Assembly: GCA_045539475.1 (NCBI GenBank)
Contig: JAZQFJ010000097.1
Location: forward strand, 343 to 64,342
DNA: 64,000 nucleotides
Origin: Eubacteriales bacterium
GTDB taxonomy: Bacteria > Bacillota > Clostridia > Oscillospirales > JAAYXM01
Direction: 5' to 3'
Under the pieces are notes generated by a model. The model was not told where the DNA came from. It made no database searches and saw nothing but the letters and a program-made list of their open reading frames with translations. This document shows, piece after piece, positions 48,352-58,194 of this stretch (position 1 is its first letter; each line of letters opens with the position of its first letter). Both the position numbers and the translations under genes were made by a program.

Positions 48352-49410
48352 GTGGCACAGCCGAAGGTAAGTATTATTATTCCGGTGTATAATGCAGAGA
48401 AATATCTTGAAAGATGCGTGGAGTCCGTAAGGCATCAATCTCTTGAGGATATTGAGATAATCCTTGTGGATGATTCCTCAAATGATGCATCACCGCAAAT
48501 GTGCGATAAGATGGCTGAAGAAGATGCGCGCATAAAGGTTATTCATAAGGAAAACGAAGGTGCAGGCAAGGCACGTAATGTCGGACTGCAGTTTGCCTCG
48601 GGGAAATATATCGGTTTTGTTGATTCCGACGATTTTGTTGAGCGCGATATGTTCAAAGTTCTCCATGAACGGGCGGAAACCTATAATTCAGATCTTGTGA
48701 TGTCCGGGGTTTTATTTGTGGACGGGAATATGTTCAGTGAAGCCGGTGGATGTGTCCGAAAAACATATTTTACCGAAGATACTCATTTTGAGACTGCAGA
48801 AGAGATTAAAAAACTGCGTTTCGGAATTATAGGAGCATTGCCCGGGGATGCTGATGACAGCAAATACGGAATGAGCATCTGGAAGAACCTGTTTAAAACA
48901 GAAATAATAAAGAAAAACAACATCTTTTTCCGGTCCGAGCGAGAGATCCTTTCAGAAGATGCGCTGTTTATGGTAGATTATATATCATGCATAACAAGAG
49001 CAACAGGAATTTCTGATGCGTTCTATAATTATTGCAGAAACGGCGAGTCTATTTCAAAGGGATATAAAAAGGACAGATTTGAAAAGAGTCTTGTTTTTGT
49101 AAAAGAGATAAAAAAAAGATTCGATAATGGAGCAACTCCCGAAGAATACCGCATCTACATTTATAGATTCTGGCAGGCAATGTGCAGGGTGCTGTGTTCT
49201 CAGGAGATAATGAACGCTGAGAATGAACATATAAAATATACCGATCTCCGGCGAAGACTTAAGGACGTTTGCACCCACAGCCTTACCGTCAGTGCTCTGA
49301 AGGCGTACCCCATAGGTAAATTGCCGCTTGGGCAAAGAGTGTTTGCATACGGAGTGAAGTACAGACTGTATTTTCTGTTAAAAATACTTGTCCGATTAAG
49401 AAGCAGATAG
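48352..49410 (+). CDS. GT2 glycosyltransferase
   Basis: SIIIPVYN, VDD, FVDSDD, SED. Confidence 0.9.
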   Translation: MAQPKVSIIIPVYNAEKYLERCVESVRHQSLEDIEIILVDDSSNDASPQMCDKMAEEDARIKVIHKENEGAGKARNVGLQFASGKYIGFVDSDDFVERDMFKVLHERAETYNSDLVMSGVLFVDGNMFSEAGGCVRKTYFTEDTHFETAEEIKKLRFGIIGALPGDADDSKYGMSIWKNLFKTEIIKKNNIFFRSEREILSEDALFMVDYISCITRATGISDAFYNYCRNGESISKGYKKDRFEKSLVFVKEIKKRFDNGATPEEYRIYIYRFWQAMCRVLCSQEIMNAENEHIKYTDLRRRLKDVCTHSLTVSALKAYPIGKLPLGQRVFAYGVKYRLYFLLKILVRLRSR

Positions 49411-49420
49411 GGGATAAAAT

Positions 49421-50440
49421 ATGTTTTTTTCCGTGATAGTGCCTGTTTATAATGTTGAGAAATATTTGCCTGATTGCATTGAGAGCGTTCTGGGGCAGAG
49501 CTTTTCCGATTTTGAACTCATTCTCGTTGATGATGGTTCAACGGATTCATGTTCCGGGATTTGCGATGATTACAAGAAAAAGAATCACCGAATAAAGGTT
49601 ATTCATAAAGAAAACGCAGGTCTTGCTGCTGCCAGAAGATCCGGAATAAAAATTGCCGAGGGTGATTACGTATTCAATCTGGATTCGGATGACCTTATCG
49701 AAAGTGATACTCTTGAATGTGCACATAGGATGATAAAAGAAACAGATTGCGAAATTGTGGCTTTTGCGTACAAATGGGTTAAAAACGGAAAAACAGTAAA
49801 CATTACAGACGACGGACTGGACGAAGGTTTTTACATAAAAGACGATATCGAAAAACATATTTATCCAAGGCTTCTGATGGATAAAAATATGAAGCATATT
49901 TCATATTATTTGTCGGGCAAGGCAATAAAGCGGGAGCTGCTCGCCCCTCACCAGCTTAATATGAATGAGAAAATTTCGCTGGGAGAAGACCTGTGCTGCG
50001 TTGTTCCGTGTTATCTTGATGCAAAAAGTGTGTATATAAGCAAAAAAACGGCGTATTTGTACACCGTGAGAGAAAACTCAATGTCAAAGGGGTTCAATGC
50101 AAAGCAAATCAATCTTGTTGAGAACATTATAAATGAAATATACAAAATAAATACAGAAAAAGTGGTTGATTTTGAAGAGCAGATGTGCCGTTATTCGTGC
50201 TTTATGTGTTTTGCGATACTTGCAGCGGCTGCCGAAGGGAGCCATTTTGAAAGTATAAACGAAATTCGCTCATATATCATGCGTTCTTTGCACAACGAAA
50301 AAATTAAAAATGCGGAATTTGAAAAAATATCGTTCAAAAGCCGGATAACCATATCCCTTATGAAATGGAATCGCTACAACTTAGCGTTTTTCTTCCTTAA
50401 TATGTGCAAAGTCATAAAAACTGTTTTGAGGAAAGGATGA
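49421..50440 (+). CDS. GT2 glycosyltransferase
   Basis: SVIVPVYN, DDGSTD, LDSDD, GED. Confidence 0.9.
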   Translation: MFFSVIVPVYNVEKYLPDCIESVLGQSFSDFELILVDDGSTDSCSGICDDYKKKNHRIKVIHKENAGLAAARRSGIKIAEGDYVFNLDSDDLIESDTLECAHRMIKETDCEIVAFAYKWVKNGKTVNITDDGLDEGFYIKDDIEKHIYPRLLMDKNMKHISYYLSGKAIKRELLAPHQLNMNEKISLGEDLCCVVPCYLDAKSVYISKKTAYLYTVRENSMSKGFNAKQINLVENIINEIYKINTEKVVDFEEQMCRYSCFMCFAILAAAAEGSHFESINEIRSYIMRSLHNEKIKNAEFEKISFKSRITISLMKWNRYNLAFFFLNMCKVIKTVLRKG

Positions 50441-51528
50441 AGAAGCACATGAAGCCGGATGTATCAATAATTATGAGTGTGTATAACGGTGAAACATACC
50501 TTAAGGAAGCGATAGAAAGTGTAAGGAATCAGAGCTTCCGGAATTGGGAGCTTATTGTCATCAACGATTGCTCAACCGATTCTACCGCTGAAATTCTCGC
50601 CGATTTTGCGTCAAAAGATGAACGTATAAAGGTTCATACAAACGAGATTAATCTGAAGCTGCCTGCCTCCCTTAATAAGGCCATTTCCCTGTGCGTAGGC
50701 AAGTACATAGCAAGAATGGATGCAGATGATATCTGTCTTCCGGAAAGATTTGAAAGGCAGTATAAATTCATGGAGGAGAATCCGGATGTGGCATTATCCT
50801 CCTGCAGATTTATGACGGTTAAAAACGGTGTGTATGCATCAGGCGGTGCGGGCGGCAGATGCGATTTTGAGGCACTGCGCGCAATGCTTCTTGTTGTTAA
50901 TCCAATATTACACCCCGGCGTTATTGCAAAGGCTGAGGTTATGAAAAAATTCAATTACGACATTACCCTTACCTGTACAGAAGACCTTGAGCTATGGACG
51001 AGGATGGCAATGGAAAATCAAAAAATGCAGATTCTTCCAGAGTGTCTTCTTATATATCGTCTCCACGACAAGCAGATCACAAGCACAACGCGAGAAAGAC
51101 AGCGCACAGAAGTGCTCAGAATACAGCGAAAATACTATGGAACGCTTCTTCGGGAAATGAATGAGGAAATGCAGACGTTTTATATAAGCGGCATTTACTT
51201 CAAAGAACAAGCGGACATACACAAATTTATTAAATATGCAAAATGGCTTAAGGGCATGGCAGGTAAAAACTTTGATAAGCGCGCAGTGAATTATGCACTT
51301 TTTGAGATTCTGGCAGAATACAAAAGATGCGGCGCGGCAAAGATGGATGTTTATAAGGCAATGCTTATCTTTAACCCTTTCTTTTTGGTAAAAGAAGTTA
51401 TCAGGCGAAAGAAAACAGCCCGCGGAGACATTGAAAAATGCAAGCAGGTTGCAAAAAATATAGGACTTAAACAAATATCAGGAACAAAAGAATTTCCAAT
51501 TTTTGAAAAACAAGCGGCAGGAGTTTGA
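50437..51528 (+). CDS. GT2 glycosyltransferase
   Basis: SIIMSVYN, NDCSTD, RMDADD, EDLELW. Confidence 0.9.
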   Translation: MKKHMKPDVSIIMSVYNGETYLKEAIESVRNQSFRNWELIVINDCSTDSTAEILADFASKDERIKVHTNEINLKLPASLNKAISLCVGKYIARMDADDICLPERFERQYKFMEENPDVALSSCRFMTVKNGVYASGGAGGRCDFEALRAMLLVVNPILHPGVIAKAEVMKKFNYDITLTCTEDLELWTRMAMENQKMQILPECLLIYRLHDKQITSTTRERQRTEVLRIQRKYYGTLLREMNEEMQTFYISGIYFKEQADIHKFIKYAKWLKGMAGKNFDKRAVNYALFEILAEYKRCGAAKMDVYKAMLIFNPFFLVKEVIRRKKTARGDIEKCKQVAKNIGLKQISGTKEFPIFEKQAAGV

Positions 51529-51531
51529 AAA

Positions 51532-52896
51532 ATGCACGTTTTAGAATATCCATATGCGATTATAACTATTCTTGCGATAGTTTTTCTCGTGATGTGCCTT
51601 ATAGGACTGTACTTCACTGTAAAATCCGTAAAAACGGCAAAAGAAACGCCGGAAAAGAGTTTTTGCGGCATGGGTAAAATAGAAAATGATTTTGAACGGA
51701 TGGGAAATGCACGCCAAAACCGCTGTGTTGTATATATCTCAATATCGCTTGACAACATGAAGCGTTTGTATCCGGAATCGAGAGCCGGCAGGATGCATGA
51801 ACAGCTCAGGAAACTTTTGCTTGAGTTTTTTTGCATTGCTGCAGGCGGAGAAATTTCGATTTACGGAAAAGATAATTTTATTGTGTTGAGCAGATTGGAA
51901 GCAGAGAAAACGGAAAAATATATTGACAAATGCTTTGGAGAGATTAATGCACTTTTCGTAAAGCACAGTGCGGTAAATGTTGTCCGTGCGAATTTCGGTT
52001 ATTATTGCACAAGTGCAACAGATGTGCCGTTTAAAACCGCGCTTGGAAGAGCTAAGCAAGCGTGCAGTATGGCTGAGGACAAAGGCGTTTTGTATTGCAG
52101 ATGGGACAATCTCAACGGAAAAGAATTTGAAAGAAAAATAAAAATAGAAAACAGCATACACAACGAAATTGACAACAACAGATTTTTCCTTGAGTATCAG
52201 CCGATTATGGATGCCGGAACACAAAAAATCATAGGTGCTGAGGTTTTGTCGCGTCTTAATTCTCCGACAGAGGGAGTTCTCACACCGAACTTTTTCCTTT
52301 CGGCGGTAAACAATGTGGGGCTAAATGAAAAATTTGATTACTACATATTTGAAAAAAACTGCAAGTGGATTTCAAGCGATAAAGAAACACGTATGAAATA
52401 TGTATATACAATCAATTTTTCACGAAGCACTCTTTGTGATGCAAATCTGGCAGACAATATAATAAGAATTGTAGAAGAGTACGGTATTAATTATTCGTGC
52501 ATAGCAGTTGAAATTCTTGAGGATAAAAGCCTTAATGGTGAAGAAAAAGGAGTAATGGTTAAAAACCTATCCCGTTTGAAAGAAAAAGGCGTTCTTATTC
52601 TTTTGGACGATTTTGGTAAGGGCTATACCGGTTTTGGGGATTTGTCAGACTTTGATATAAGCATTGTGAAAATTGATAAGGCAATTACGCAGAATGCAGT
52701 GAATCCAACGGGAGCTCTGATTCTTAAGAACATTATCAGGACAGCACATGATTTGGGGTATAAGGCGTTGTGTGAAGGTATAGAGACCGAGGAACACAGA
52801 GAAATGGCAATAGAGGCAGGCTGTGATATGCTTCAGGGATATTATTTTTACCGCCCGATGCCGGTTGCAAAATTTGAAACTCTATTTAAAAAATAG
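51532..52896 (+). CDS. TM-degenerate GGDEF-EAL c-di-GMP phosphodiesterase
   Basis: YGKDNF replaces GGDEF; EAL domain with YQP, EVL, EILE, DDFGKGY, KID, EGIE, QGY. Confidence 0.88.
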   Translation: MHVLEYPYAIITILAIVFLVMCLIGLYFTVKSVKTAKETPEKSFCGMGKIENDFERMGNARQNRCVVYISISLDNMKRLYPESRAGRMHEQLRKLLLEFFCIAAGGEISIYGKDNFIVLSRLEAEKTEKYIDKCFGEINALFVKHSAVNVVRANFGYYCTSATDVPFKTALGRAKQACSMAEDKGVLYCRWDNLNGKEFERKIKIENSIHNEIDNNRFFLEYQPIMDAGTQKIIGAEVLSRLNSPTEGVLTPNFFLSAVNNVGLNEKFDYYIFEKNCKWISSDKETRMKYVYTINFSRSTLCDANLADNIIRIVEEYGINYSCIAVEILEDKSLNGEEKGVMVKNLSRLKEKGVLILLDDFGKGYTGFGDLSDFDISIVKIDKAITQNAVNPTGALILKNIIRTAHDLGYKALCEGIETEEHREMAIEAGCDMLQGYYFYRPMPVAKFETLFKK

Positions 52897-52908
52897 CAAG
52901 GTGATTTT

Positions 52909-53832
52909 ATGTTATCCGTAATCGTTCCTGCATACAACGAAGAAAAATGCATTAAGCGCGCATATTCTGCAATACATTCCGTGCTTACGGAGAATAATAT
53001 TGACAGTGAGTTTATTTTTGTTGATGACGGCTCATCCGACCATACGTATGAAGAGATATGCGAGCTTTCTTCGAAAGAAGAAAATATATCCGGAATTCGG
53101 TTTTCAAGAAATTTTGGCAAGGAATCGGCAATATCGGCGGGACTTGCCGCTGTGAGCGGAAGCTGTGCCGTTGTAATCGACTGCGACCTTCAGCATCCAC
53201 CAGAGAAAATAGTCGAAATGTACCGTTTGTGGGAAAAAGGCTATGAGATTGTTGAAGGAATAAAAAGAGAGCGTGGGCAGGAAAAAAAGACGTATAGAGT
53301 AGGGGCAAAAATCTTCTATTCTGTTATCAGCCGTATGGCAGGTTTTGATATGGCAAACTCATCGGACTTTAAGCTTCTGGACAGAAAAGTGGTGGATGTT
53401 CTGAACCGTATGCCCGAAAAAGGATTTTTCAGAGCGATATCTTATTGGGTGGGATATAACAAAACAACGGTTGAATATGATGTGGCTGAGCGCGTAGATG
53501 GTCAGTCAAAGTGGACAAGCCGGGGGCTTATAAAATATGCGCTTTCAAATATTTCGTCATATTCTACCGCACCGATGCAGACCGTAACGGTTTTGGGGGT
53601 TGTAATGCTTATAATCTCGGTCATCTTCGGTATATGGGCGCTTATTGATAAGATAATCGGCAGAGCGCTTGAAGGTATGACAACGGTTATAATTATCACA
53701 ATTTTCATAGGAAGCATAATTATGATAAGCCTTGGTATCATAGGTTATTACATCGCGCGTATTTATGAGGAAATCAAAGGCAGACCGAAGTATATAATAT
53801 CTTCTTCGGTGAAGAGTGTGAGGGGAAAATAA
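52909..53832 (+). CDS. GtrB-like polyprenyl-phosphate glycosyltransferase (GT2)
   Basis: VPAYNEE, DDGSSD, RNFGKE, DCDLQHPPE, two C-terminal TMs, EIKGRPKY. Confidence 0.9.
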   Translation: MLSVIVPAYNEEKCIKRAYSAIHSVLTENNIDSEFIFVDDGSSDHTYEEICELSSKEENISGIRFSRNFGKESAISAGLAAVSGSCAVVIDCDLQHPPEKIVEMYRLWEKGYEIVEGIKRERGQEKKTYRVGAKIFYSVISRMAGFDMANSSDFKLLDRKVVDVLNRMPEKGFFRAISYWVGYNKTTVEYDVAERVDGQSKWTSRGLIKYALSNISSYSTAPMQTVTVLGVVMLIISVIFGIWALIDKIIGRALEGMTTVIIITIFIGSIIMISLGIIGYYIARIYEEIKGRPKYIISSSVKSVRGK

Positions 53833-53864
53833 AAAGGTTTCTGTAACATTTTTTATATAATAAA

Positions 53865-54815
53865 TTGTACAAGGAGGTAGTGCAGAAAATGGACAAACTG
53901 ATAGTAAATATGCTTCTGTTCGCGCTTTTTGCGCAATCTGCAATTGTTGTAGCGTTACTTCTTCGTGGCAGACGGATTAAAAAGGAAAATGAAGCAGATG
54001 CCGAAGAGCAAAGCACCTATTTGCGCATCAGGGAAGAGGAAAGGAAAATAGCGGAAAACATTTCGGAGGGCATCAAAAACAGTGAGTTTAAGATGTATCT
54101 GCAGTTTATTGTTGACGGCAAAACGAAAAAAATTGTTTCTGCTGAAGCGCTTTCAAGGTGGGATAATCCCAAGCAGGGAATTATAATGCCCGTAAAGTAT
54201 ATAGGAGATATGGAAACAACGGGGCTTATCAGCAAGCATGACTTTTATATGTTTGAGCTTGCTTGCCGTCAGCTTGAAAAATGGAACGGCACGGAGTTTA
54301 AAGATATTTCTGTTTCCTGCAATTTCACAAGAATAACCCTTTCCGAAGGAAATCTTGTGGAAACCTTAAAAAAGATTTCAGAGAAATACAATTTTGATAA
54401 ATCAAAGCTTATAATAGAGATAACAGAGGATGCCATTGAAAAAGATAGGGAGGCTGCAAAGAAAAATGTTCTTCTTTGCAAAGAACTTGGTTTCAGAATC
54501 CATCTTGACGATCTGGGAAGCGGCTATACGTCTTTAGCAAATCTCTGTGATTATCCGATTGATGTTGTTAAAATTGACCGTGATATTCTCCTCAAAACGG
54601 ATACCCAGAAGGGAAAAGCCCTGCTGTCAGGAATTGTTGCACTTGTGCACAGACTCGGCATTTCGGTTATATGTGAGGGAGTGGAAACCGAGGAACAGCA
54701 CACGCTTGTGTCGGATTCCGGATGTGATTATATTCAGGGATGGTATTACTCAAAGGCGATGCCTTTGGAAGAATGTGAGTCATTTATAAAAAAACACGAT
54801 CTGAAGTTTTTGTAG
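53865..54815 (+). CDS. TM-EAL c-di-GMP phosphodiesterase
   Basis: EALSRW, EITE, DDLGSGY, KID, EGVE, QGW; one N-terminal TM; start uncertain. Confidence 0.88.
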   Translation: MYKEVVQKMDKLIVNMLLFALFAQSAIVVALLLRGRRIKKENEADAEEQSTYLRIREEERKIAENISEGIKNSEFKMYLQFIVDGKTKKIVSAEALSRWDNPKQGIIMPVKYIGDMETTGLISKHDFYMFELACRQLEKWNGTEFKDISVSCNFTRITLSEGNLVETLKKISEKYNFDKSKLIIEITEDAIEKDREAAKKNVLLCKELGFRIHLDDLGSGYTSLANLCDYPIDVVKIDRDILLKTDTQKGKALLSGIVALVHRLGISVICEGVETEEQHTLVSDSGCDYIQGWYYSKAMPLEECESFIKKHDLKFL

Positions 54816-54854
54816 AGATTGCGGCAGTGTTCGGATTCTGAATAAAACTGTTAA

Positions 54855-54896
54855 AAAAATCGGGCAGAACGATGATTTTCGTTCTGCCCGATTTTT
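54855..54896 (+). terminator. Terminator ending the polysaccharide cluster
   Basis: aaaaatcgggcagaacga/tcgttctgcccgattttt. Confidence 0.85.
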
Positions 54897-54952
54897 GCGA
54901 TGATTCAGCTTTTTAGATTTTCAAAAATTCGTAAATAAGTGTGATTTGAGTG

Positions 54953-54981
54953 TTGCAATGCCGATGATTTAGTTGTATAAT
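54953..54981 (+). promoter_or_regulatory. Sigma-A promoter of amidohydrolase-metY operon
   Basis: TTGCAA-17 nt-TATAAT. Confidence 0.6.
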
Positions 54982-55025
54982 TATTGTAATTGAATACTTT
55001 TCTTATTTGAAAGGATGATGAGAAA

Positions 55026-55952
55026 ATGAAGTTTGACGTTCATTGCCATGCTTTTCCGAGTCATGGTTTTATCCCGAATGGCGGAAAGCTCGGAGACCCA
55101 TATTTTCTGTCAGTAGAGCAGCATCTTAAGATGTTTGAAGACCACGGTATTACAGCAGGGCTCTTGCTTCCGCTTATTCATTATGAAATAGTTCCGTATG
55201 TTCAGAAGGTGAAGGAAATAAAAGAGACGGTTGAGAAATATCCGGATAAGTTCCTTTATTTTATGAATCTTGACCCGCGTATGTTTTTCAATAACCCAAA
55301 GGCTGATTTTTCGCGCGTTATTGAATACCATCTTGAGCGCGGCGCACGCGGCGTCGGCGAGATGTGCGTGAACCTCCCGTGGGAGCATCCGCTTATGGAC
55401 AATATGCTCTTTTACGTAAACAAGTATAAGCTCCCGCTCACCATTCATATTTCTCCCATTCCGTACGGTACTTACGGAATTTATGACGACTATAACCTCT
55501 CCGGACTTGAGTGGGCGCTCAACAAATATCCGGATATCAAGTTCTTCGGGCACTCGGCAGAGTTCTGGAGCCGTATTTCGGGAGATGACCAGTACCGCGG
55601 TTATCCCAAGGGTCCTGTTGAGCCGAACGGTCCGGTTGTTCGCCTTCTTGAGACATATCCCCACCTTTACGGCGATGTTTCCGCAGGAAGCGGTCTTAAT
55701 GCTATGACCCGCGATATTGAGTTCACAAAGGGCTTTATGGAAAAGTTCCAGGATCAGCTTATGTTTGGTCTTGACCTTTGCAGACTTATCCCCGAAACAC
55801 AAGTAACTCTCTCGGAGTTTTTGGATAATCTTCTTGCAGACGGCTCGATTTCGCAGACGGTTTACGATAAGATATGCTGGGACAACGCGGCAAAGAACCT
55901 CGGCTTTAAGACTGTTGCCGAGCAGAAGAAGCAGGGAGGTATCACGTTATGA
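55026..55952 (+). CDS. Amidohydrolase_2 family protein (paralog 1)
   Basis: DVHCH, GARGVGE, FGH, DVSA, MFGLD. Confidence 0.82.
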   Translation: MKFDVHCHAFPSHGFIPNGGKLGDPYFLSVEQHLKMFEDHGITAGLLLPLIHYEIVPYVQKVKEIKETVEKYPDKFLYFMNLDPRMFFNNPKADFSRVIEYHLERGARGVGEMCVNLPWEHPLMDNMLFYVNKYKLPLTIHISPIPYGTYGIYDDYNLSGLEWALNKYPDIKFFGHSAEFWSRISGDDQYRGYPKGPVEPNGPVVRLLETYPHLYGDVSAGSGLNAMTRDIEFTKGFMEKFQDQLMFGLDLCRLIPETQVTLSEFLDNLLADGSISQTVYDKICWDNAAKNLGFKTVAEQKKQGGITL

Positions 55953-56860
55953 AAATGAAAAAGCTTGATATACATTGCCATGTATATAAGGAAAAGGGCT
56001 TCCCGAGACCTGACGGCTCGTTTTATCCATTGCCGGAGGATATGTTCAAAATCTTTGAAAAAAAGAACGTTGCACGCGGTCTAATCCTTCCAGAAGTGCA
56101 TTATGAGGCAAGTATGACCGGTGAGGTTCAGAACGTTGAAGAGGTTGCGGAAATCTGCGCAAAATATCCCGATAAGTTCTGCTTCTTTATGAACCTCTGC
56201 CCGCACAGCTTTTATAAAAGACCGGATGCCGACTACTCCGCGCTTATTGAATACTATCTTGCGATGGGCGCACGCGGTGTCGGTGAAATGTGCGAGAATA
56301 TGACGTTCTATGACCCGCTTATGGATAATATGCTTATGTATGTAAACAAATATAAGCTTCCGTTTATCTTCCATATGACTCATAAGGAGTTTGGCGATTA
56401 CGGAATCCGCGATGATGAGAATTTAAGCGGACTTGAAAATGCTCTCATCAAGTGGAAGGACATCACCTTCCTCGGCCATTCAGGTGATTTCTGGGTTGAG
56501 ATTTCCGGAGACGATATGCATACCGGATATCCCAAAGGTCAGCCGGTTGTTCCGGGCGGACGTGTGGTTGAGCTTATGAGAAAATACCCAAATCTCCATG
56601 GCGACCTTTCTGCCGGCAGCGGATTTATTGCAATTTCGCGTGACCGCAAATTTGGAATAGAGTTCCTTAACGAGTTTCAAGACAGACTTTATTTCGGTCA
56701 GGATATCTGCACACCGGATGGTGATATGAAGCATTCGGAGTATCTCGACGAGCTTTTGGAGAGCGGAGATATAAGCCAGGAGGTCTATAACAAGATTTGC
56801 TGGAAGAATGCAGTAAAGCTTTTGAAGCTTGATCTGACAGAAAAAGATTTTATGATTTAA
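55949..56860 (+). CDS. Amidohydrolase_2 family protein (paralog 2)
   Basis: DIHCH, GARGVGE, LGH, DLSA, YFGQD. Confidence 0.82.
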   Translation: MKMKKLDIHCHVYKEKGFPRPDGSFYPLPEDMFKIFEKKNVARGLILPEVHYEASMTGEVQNVEEVAEICAKYPDKFCFFMNLCPHSFYKRPDADYSALIEYYLAMGARGVGEMCENMTFYDPLMDNMLMYVNKYKLPFIFHMTHKEFGDYGIRDDENLSGLENALIKWKDITFLGHSGDFWVEISGDDMHTGYPKGQPVVPGGRVVELMRKYPNLHGDLSAGSGFIAISRDRKFGIEFLNEFQDRLYFGQDICTPDGDMKHSEYLDELLESGDISQEVYNKICWKNAVKLLKLDLTEKDFMI

Positions 56861-56874
56861 GGAGACAGAGACAA

Positions 56875-58140
56875 ATGAAAATAGAAACAAAGGCAATACA
56901 CGAAGGCTGGAAGCCGGGACGCGGCGAGGCGCGTCAGCTTCCGATTGTTCAGAGCACAACCTTTAAATATGACACCAGCGAAGAGATGGGAAAGCTTTTT
57001 GACCTTGAGGCTGAAGGCTATTTCTATACAAGACTTCAGAATCCGACAAACGATGCAGTTGCCGCAAAAATCTGCGCAATGGAGGGCGGCGTTGCAGCAA
57101 TGCTTACCTCTTCCGGTCAGGCGGCAAACTTCTATGCTATATTCAACATTTGCGAGTGTGGCGACCATTTCATAGCTTCCTCATCAATCTACGGCGGTAC
57201 ATATAACCTTTTCGGCACAACGATGAAGAAAATGGGGATTGAGTGTACCTTCGTTGACCAAACGCTTCCGGAAGAAGAGCTTGCAAAGTATTTCAAGCCG
57301 AACACAAAAGCTGTTTTTGGTGAGACGATAACAAACCCGACGGTTTCAATTCTTGATTTTGAGAAGTTTGCACGTCTTGCCCACAGCCACGGCGTTCCGT
57401 TTATCGTTGATAACACATTTGCAACTCCGATAAACTGCCGTCCGTTTGAATGGGGCGCGGATATCGTTACCCATTCCACAACGAAGTATATGGACGGTCA
57501 CGGCGTCGGCGTCGGCGGATGCATCGTAGACAGCGGAAACTTTGACTGGATGGCTCACGCCGATAAGTTCCCGGGGCTTACCACTCCGGATGAATCATAC
57601 CACGGCATAACATATGCAGAACGCTTCGGCAAAGGCGCGTACATAACAAAGGCAACATCTCAGCTTATGCGCGATTTCGGCTCAATTCAGTCGCCGCAGA
57701 ATGCGTTTTATCTCAATTTGGGGCTTGAGAGCCTGCATCTTCGTATGGAACGTCATTGCTCCAATGCACTTGCTGTTGCAAAGTATCTTAAAAACCACGA
57801 AAAGGTTGCATGGGTTCACTATGCAGGACTTGAGGGCGATGAATACTATGACCTTGCGCAGAAGTATATGAACGGAAACACCTGCGGTGTTCTCGCGTTC
57901 GGTATAAAGGGCGGAAGAGAAGCCTCCATTGCGTTTATGGATAAGCTGAAGCTTGCGTCTATCGTAACTCACGTTGCGGATGCAAAAACCTGCCTCCTTC
58001 ATCCGGCAAGCCACACGCACCGCCAGATGAGCGAAGAAGAGCTTCTTGCTGCAGGAGTAAATCCGGATCTTATTCGCCTTTCAGTCGGCATCGAAAACGT
58101 TGATGACCTCATTGCAGACCTTGAGCAGGCACTTGCATAA
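56875..58140 (+). CDS. metY: O-acetylhomoserine aminocarboxypropyltransferase / sulfhydrylase
   Basis: YTRLQNPT, SSGQAA, DNTF, HSTTKY (PLP Lys), HPASHTH, IRLSVGIE. Confidence 0.92.
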   Translation: MKIETKAIHEGWKPGRGEARQLPIVQSTTFKYDTSEEMGKLFDLEAEGYFYTRLQNPTNDAVAAKICAMEGGVAAMLTSSGQAANFYAIFNICECGDHFIASSSIYGGTYNLFGTTMKKMGIECTFVDQTLPEEELAKYFKPNTKAVFGETITNPTVSILDFEKFARLAHSHGVPFIVDNTFATPINCRPFEWGADIVTHSTTKYMDGHGVGVGGCIVDSGNFDWMAHADKFPGLTTPDESYHGITYAERFGKGAYITKATSQLMRDFGSIQSPQNAFYLNLGLESLHLRMERHCSNALAVAKYLKNHEKVAWVHYAGLEGDEYYDLAQKYMNGNTCGVLAFGIKGGREASIAFMDKLKLASIVTHVADAKTCLLHPASHTHRQMSEEELLAAGVNPDLIRLSVGIENVDDLIADLEQALA

Positions 58141-58151
58141 AATAGAATAAC

Positions 58152-58193
58152 AAAACACTCGCGTTGCGAAATTTTTGCAGCGCGGGTGTTTTT
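58152..58193 (+). terminator. Terminator after metY
   Basis: aaaacactcgcgttgc/gcagcgcgggtgtttt hairpin with T-tract. Confidence 0.75.
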
Positions 58194-58194
58194 G

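Noticed and set aside
31300-54900. Polysaccharide cluster as a mobile element
   Set aside because: Looks AT-richer than the flanks, but no integrase, transposase, tRNA or flanking direct repeats were seen
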